Of a stretch of 30,931 nt of DNA, positions 26,481 to 30,931 are shown piece after piece. How positions within the stretch are numbered: the first letter of the stretch is position 1; each line of letters starts with the position of its first letter. The stretch is taken from positions 1 through 30,931 of the forward strand of contig JBGATO010000046.1 of the NCBI GenBank assembly GCA_044229145.1. Direction: 5' to 3'. The notes below the pieces were generated by a model. That model saw only the letters and a list, made by a program, of their open reading frames with translations, was not told the origin of the DNA and did no database searches. The position numbers and the translations under genes are program-made. Origin of the DNA: Candidatus Eiseniibacteriota bacterium. Its GTDB lineage: Bacteria > Eisenbacteria > RBG-16-71-46 > CAZEPH01.

Positions 26481-27910
26481 TCGGGCGACGGACCACTGGA
26501 GTTCTCGCGGGTGTTGTGATCGCGCTCGGCGCGGCGTGCCGGGTGTTCCGCCTCGATGGCCACAGCCTCTGGGTGGATGAAGTGATGAGCGTGCAGGCGG
26601 CGGGCTGGCCGTCCGGTCTGTCGCTCACGCAGGTGTTGGAGAATTATCACGGACCGCTCCACGCGGTCGTGTTGGCGATGGTGGCGCATGCCGCCGGATG
26701 GACCGAACGGGCGCTGCGCGCGCCGTCGGTCGCGCTCGCGGCGCTGTCGCCGTTCGCCGTCTGGTACGCGCAGGAGTGCCGCAACTATGCATTCGTGATG
26801 CTGTTCGCGACGCTCTGCCTGTGGGCGGCGTGGCGATTGGTGGCGGAGGAGGGCGCGGCGCGCGGACCGGTGCGCGGGCGCTGGTGGGCGTTGCTCGCGG
26901 GGAGCGGCACGCTGGCGATGTGGTCGAATCTCGATGCGGCGTTCCTGCTCGCGGGGGTGATCCTGGCGAGTCTGGTGCTGCGCCCGGCGGTGCTGCGCGA
27001 ACGGGCGGCGTGGGGCACGGTCACGTTCTGGGTGCTCTGTCTCGCGCCCTGGGTGCCGGCGGTGTTCGGCTGGCTCGATGTTGGTCGCCTCACCGGCGCG
27101 GTGGAGACCCCGCCGCTGCGTGGCGAGACCACGCTGCCCGCCATGGCGGTGCCCTATGCCTTCTACGCGTACTGCACCGGCTATTCGCTTGGGCCCTCGC
27201 TGCGTGATCTGCACGTGTCGACCTCGCTTGCCACGCTGCGGCCGTGGTTCTGGGCGATCGTTCCGGCCGGCGTCGCCTTCGGCGTCCCGGCACTGGTGGG
27301 GACGGGCGCGCTGCTGGGACGGCGCGGACGGCTGGCATTCGTCGCGCTCGCGATGGCGGTGCCGCTGGCGTGCGTGATCTTCCTGGCGTCGCGCAACCTC
27401 AAGGTGTTCAACCCGCGCTATGCCGCGGTGATCGTGCCGCTGGTGTGGGTGGTGATTGCCGCGGGCGTGGCGCGGCTGCCGCGCGGGCTGGCGTGGCTGT
27501 GCGGCGGTGCGATCGTGGCGGCGAGCGTGCTGTCGCTCGCGCATCTCGCCTTCGACCTGCGGTATGCGCGTGACGACTTTCGCGGCGTGAGCGCCTTGCT
27601 GCGCGCCGAGGCGCGAGCCGGCGACGAGGCGGTGGTCGAGGTCTATCACCTGCCGCTGGACTTCTACGGCACCGGCGCGGCGCGCAAGACCGTGTTGTGG
27701 GAAGAGGTCGATCGCGACGCGGCGCGCACGCAGGCTGCGTTGACGCCGGTGCTCGGCCGCGCCACCCGCGTGTGGCGCATCTATCCGCCCTACGCGTTCG
27801 ACGATCCGGCCCATGCGGTGGTGCCGGCGCTCGCGCGGTGGGGGCGCAGGACGCGCACCGCGGACTTCGCCGGTTTGACCGTGGAGTTGTGGGAGCGGCC
27901 GGCGCGATGA
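26477..27910 (+). CDS. GT-C glycosyltransferase, PMT/ArnT-like (GT39/GT83-type)
   Basis: SLWVDE, HGPLH, ALRAPSV, SPFAVWYAQECRNYA, PRY, DDFRG. Start is CTG 26477 (overlapping the previous stop) or GTG 26516. Confidence 0.8.
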   Translation: MIGRRTTGVLAGVVIALGAACRVFRLDGHSLWVDEVMSVQAAGWPSGLSLTQVLENYHGPLHAVVLAMVAHAAGWTERALRAPSVALAALSPFAVWYAQECRNYAFVMLFATLCLWAAWRLVAEEGAARGPVRGRWWALLAGSGTLAMWSNLDAAFLLAGVILASLVLRPAVLRERAAWGTVTFWVLCLAPWVPAVFGWLDVGRLTGAVETPPLRGETTLPAMAVPYAFYAYCTGYSLGPSLRDLHVSTSLATLRPWFWAIVPAGVAFGVPALVGTGALLGRRGRLAFVALAMAVPLACVIFLASRNLKVFNPRYAAVIVPLVWVVIAAGVARLPRGLAWLCGGAIVAASVLSLAHLAFDLRYARDDFRGVSALLRAEARAGDEAVVEVYHLPLDFYGTGAARKTVLWEEVDRDAARTQAALTPVLGRATRVWRIYPPYAFDDPAHAVVPALARWGRRTRTADFAGLTVELWERPAR

Positions 27911-29037
27911 GCGGCGCGCGGCGCGTCCTCTACGTCGTGCATGCCGTGTACGCCGGCGGTGCCGAGGAGTACATCGCCCGGCTGGTCGAGGGCCTGCCGC
28001 CGGCGTGGGAGCCGTCCATCGCCGCCAGCGACGCGGGAGTCCGCGAATGGTTCGGCGCGCGGCTGCGGGAGGTGCGGGTGGCGATCGTGCCGTGCGAACC
28101 GCCACGGTGGGCGGCGCCCTGGACGTGGGCACCCTTCACGCGTGTGCTCCGCGCCGCGTCCCCCGACATCGTGCATCTCAACGCGCCCTCGACGTATGAC
28201 TCCGGACTCGAGGCGGCGGGGTGGTGGGCGCGTCGCGCCGGCGCGCGAGTCGTGCGCACCGATCATCTCGCCTCGCTGCCGCCGTCACGGCGGCGGACCT
28301 GGACGACGCGCGCGGCGATGCCTGCCGTCGATCGCGTGCTGACCGTGTGCGACGCGAATCGCGCGGCGCTGGAGGCGCGCGGGGTGCCGGCCGCGAAGAT
28401 CGTCGTGGTGCCCAACGGCACGCCGCTGAGCGCGCCGGCCGACGAGGCGGCACGCGCCGCCGTGCGGGCACGCGACGGCATCGCGCCCGACGCGACGTGG
28501 GTGGTGTGCGTCGGTGCGCTGGAGGCGCGCAAGGATCCGGCGTCGTTGATCGAGGCAGTGGCGCGTGGCCGCGCCGCCGGCGCGCCTCTCGTGCTGACAT
28601 TGGTGGGCGAAGGACCGCTCGCGGGCGCGTTACGCGCGCGGGCCGCGGCGCGTGGCGTGGCCGATGCGGTGACACTCGCTGGCCGCCGCGGCGACGTGCA
28701 GGCGCTGCTCGACGCATGCGACATCTTCGTGTTCAGCTCGCGCCGCGAGGGGCAGCCGTTCGCCGTGCTCGAGGCGATGGCGGCCGGCCGCGCGGTGGTC
28801 GCGACCGCTGTGGACGGCATCCCGGAAGCGCTCGACGGCGGCCGCTGCGGCATCTTGGTGAGTCCGGGCGATGTCGATGCGGTGGCGCGCGCGCTCGCCG
28901 AACTCGCGGCCGATCCGGCGCGGCGTGCCGCGCTCGGCGCGGCCGCGCGTGAGCGGGTCGCCGCGCGCTTCACACAAGAGGCGATGGTGCGCGCCACCGT
29001 CGCCGTGTACGACGCCGTGTGCGGCGGGAGGGCGTGA
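27907..29037 (+). CDS. GT4 glycosyltransferase
   Basis: GGAEEY, VVPNG, VGALEARKD, DIFVFSSRREGQPFAVLEAMAAGRAVVAT; ATGA overlap; 376 aa. Confidence 0.93.
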   Translation: MSGARRVLYVVHAVYAGGAEEYIARLVEGLPPAWEPSIAASDAGVREWFGARLREVRVAIVPCEPPRWAAPWTWAPFTRVLRAASPDIVHLNAPSTYDSGLEAAGWWARRAGARVVRTDHLASLPPSRRRTWTTRAAMPAVDRVLTVCDANRAALEARGVPAAKIVVVPNGTPLSAPADEAARAAVRARDGIAPDATWVVCVGALEARKDPASLIEAVARGRAAGAPLVLTLVGEGPLAGALRARAAARGVADAVTLAGRRGDVQALLDACDIFVFSSRREGQPFAVLEAMAAGRAVVATAVDGIPEALDGGRCGILVSPGDVDAVARALAELAADPARRAALGAAARERVAARFTQEAMVRATVAVYDAVCGGRA

Positions 29038-29039
29038 GG

Positions 29040-30298
29040 ATGCGCGTGGTGATCGCCAAGCCGATCCTGCCGTATCCCGCAGATCAAGGCACCAAGGCGG
29101 TGACCCTCGGCATGCTGCGCGCCCTCGGCCGCGCGCACGAGGTGACGCTGGTGTGCCGGCTGTTGTCGCGCGACGAGGCACGCTTCGTCGCGCCGCTCGA
29201 GCGGGAGACGGGTGTGCGGGTGCGCGCGGTGCTGGCGCCCAACCGGCGTTCGCCGCTGCATCGCGCCCCATATCGCGTCGGCGCGGGCGGCGGCGCGGCG
29301 CGGTGTCCGCGCGAGACCTTCTACGATGCGCCACGCGCCTGGCGACCGAACTGCGCGCGGTGTGCGCGGAGGCGCCGGTCGACATCGCGGTGATCGAGTA
29401 CTGGCACATGGCGCCGCTGTTTGCCGCGATCACCGCGCGGCGCCGTGTGCTGCTCGCGCACGATGCCGAGGCGAGTGTGTGGGCGACGCGCATCGCGTGT
29501 GCGGAGCCGGCGGCGCGCGTGGCAATGCAGCGCGAGGGGGCGGCGCGCATCGCGCGCGAGGCCGCGGCGTGCCGCGCGGCGGACGTCGTGCTGGCGCTCA
29601 CCGAGGCGGATCGCCGTGCGCTCGGCGCCGACGGCGTGCTGCCGTTCGCCCCGCAGATCGCGCTCGCGCCCGCCGCGCCACCGCGCCACGAGGGGCCGCC
29701 GACGGTGGTGTTCTTCGGCTCGTTTCACGCGGCGTTCAATCGGGACGCGGCGCGCTGGCTGGTCGAGGAGATCGTGCCGCCGATCATCGCGGCGGTGCCC
29801 GGCGTGCGCGTGATGCTCGCCGGCAGCGGCGATCCCGGCGCCGCGGTGCGTGCGGCGGCGGCGCGGCTGCCGCAGGTGACGCTCGCCGGCTATGTCGACG
29901 ATCCGGCGCGCCTGCTGCGCGAGGCCACGGTCGTGGTGCTGCCGTTGCGCTACGGCGGCGGATTGCATGTGCGCCTGTTCGACGCGTTCGCGCAGGGCGC
30001 CGCGGTGGTGACGACCACACTGGGCGTCGCCGGGGTGCCGTTTCGCGACGGGCACGAGGTGCGGGTGGCCGACGACGCGCCCGCCTTCGCCGCGGCGGTC
30101 GTGGACCTGGCGCGCGACGCCGCAACCCGGCACCGTCTCGGGGAGGCGGCGCGGCTTCGCCTGCTGGCCGACTACGGCGCGGAGCAGGTGGCCGAGCGCA
30201 CCCGCGCGCTATTCGCGGCGCTCGCCGCCGGCCAACCGATGCCCGCGTGGGCGCGCGGCGATGGCCCTCACGGAGGAGGAGAGTCCCCAGCAGCATGA
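29040..30298 (+). pseudogene. GT4 glycosyltransferase with a 1-nt frameshift near 29338 (real lesion or assembly error)
   Basis: N-terminus PYPADQG..HEVTLVC in one frame; C-terminus LLAHDAE, FFGSF..NRDA, VVLPLRYGGG..DAFAQGAAVVTT in another. Adding one base gives 419 aa. Confidence 0.8.
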
Positions 30299-30931
30299 GT
30301 GCGCGGAATCCGACAGGCAGCTTGTCGTGGAAGGTGGCGCGATTGCGCGCCATGGGAGCGCCCGAGATCGCGTGGCGTGTGCAGCAGAAGCTGCGTCAGG
30401 CGAGCGAGCGCGCCGGCTGGGCGCCGGTCGCGCCGGCACCGCGGGGCGACGGCATCGTGCGTCCGCGCGTCGACGTGCTGTTTCCGCAGCTGGCGCGCGA
30501 TGCCGCCGCTGCCCGCGCCGCGTATCCCGCCGCCTGGCGCGCGCGCTGCATCGCCGAGGCCGAGCGCGTCCTGCGCGGCGACGCCGATGTCTTCGGCGCG
30601 CCACGTCAGGTCGGCTTCCCGCCGCGCTGGCGCACCGACCCCGAGACCGGCCTCGACGCCGGCACGCCGTTCTACACCGCGCTGCTGCACCCGGACCCGC
30701 GCGTCGTCGGCGACTATCGCGCGGTGTGGGAGATCAACCGTCACGCGTGCCTGGTGACCTTGGCGCGCGCCGCGTGCGTGACCGGCGATGCCCGCTACGC
30801 CGATGCCTGCCTCGCCGCCGCCGACGATTTCCTGCGCGAGAATCCGGTCGGCCGCGGCATCAATTGGGTGAGCGCGCTCGAAGTCGCGCTGCGCGCCGTC
30901 GCATGGAGTGCGGCGTGGTCGTTCCTCGAGG
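30295..30931 (+). CDS. Heparinase II/III-like (polysaccharide lyase fold) protein, N-terminal part (runs off the right edge)
   Basis: Not in the ORF track; hand translation MSARNP..RLRAMGAPEIAWR..WRTDPETG..GDYRAVWEINRH..TGDARYA..ENPVGRGINWVSALEVALR; ATGA overlap. Confidence 0.85.
   Translation, partial: MSARNPTGSLSWKVARLRAMGAPEIAWRVQQKLRQASERAGWAPVAPAPRGDGIVRPRVDVLFPQLARDAAAARAAYPAAWRARCIAEAERVLRGDADVFGAPRQVGFPPRWRTDPETGLDAGTPFYTALLHPDPRVVGDYRAVWEINRHACLVTLARAACVTGDARYADACLAAADDFLRENPVGRGINWVSALEVALRAVAWSAAWSFLE

Noticed and set aside
1..30931. CRISPR arrays, IS elements, tRNA/rRNA, prophage genes
   Set aside because: No spaced direct repeats, transposase or integrase motifs, or RNA gene signatures seen.

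Overview
Very GC-rich bacterial DNA with no rRNA, tRNA, CRISPR or mobile element. The Por/T9SS-like C-terminal domain suggests an FCB-related lineage (inference). Left end, minus strand: a translationally coupled operon of acyl-CoA dehydrogenase-family enzyme, stand-alone adenylation enzyme, carrier protein and CysE/WcaB-like acyltransferase (truncated by the edge). The A-domain pocket residues I read (DLFYLALVCK) and the dehydrogenase motifs fit the prolyl-carrier/pyrrolyl cassette (PltF/PltL/PltE, RedM/O/W, AnaC/D/B). The rest is a plus-strand surface-polysaccharide region. It starts with two paralogous secreted TIM-barrel hydrolase-like proteins with internal FN3 inserts (the first has a sigma-54 promoter and a sorting-type CTD), DUF3108 and a frameshifted DHS-like protein. 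Next come Wza, a split Wzc with a degenerate kinase, a nucleotidyltransferase + alkaline-phosphatase-superfamily pair, Wzx, two GT2s, DUF2304, an SMR-type flippase, WecB and two GT-C-like membrane proteins. After a ~940-bp structured intergenic region come a priming sugar transferase, a third GT-C protein, two GT4s (one frameshifted) and a heparinase II/III-like protein running off the right edge. Best novelty candidates: pyrrolyl/prolyl acylation linked to a glycan locus, the NTase/AlkP pair, and a possible large structured leader RNA. All family calls come from motif recognition by eye, not database searches.
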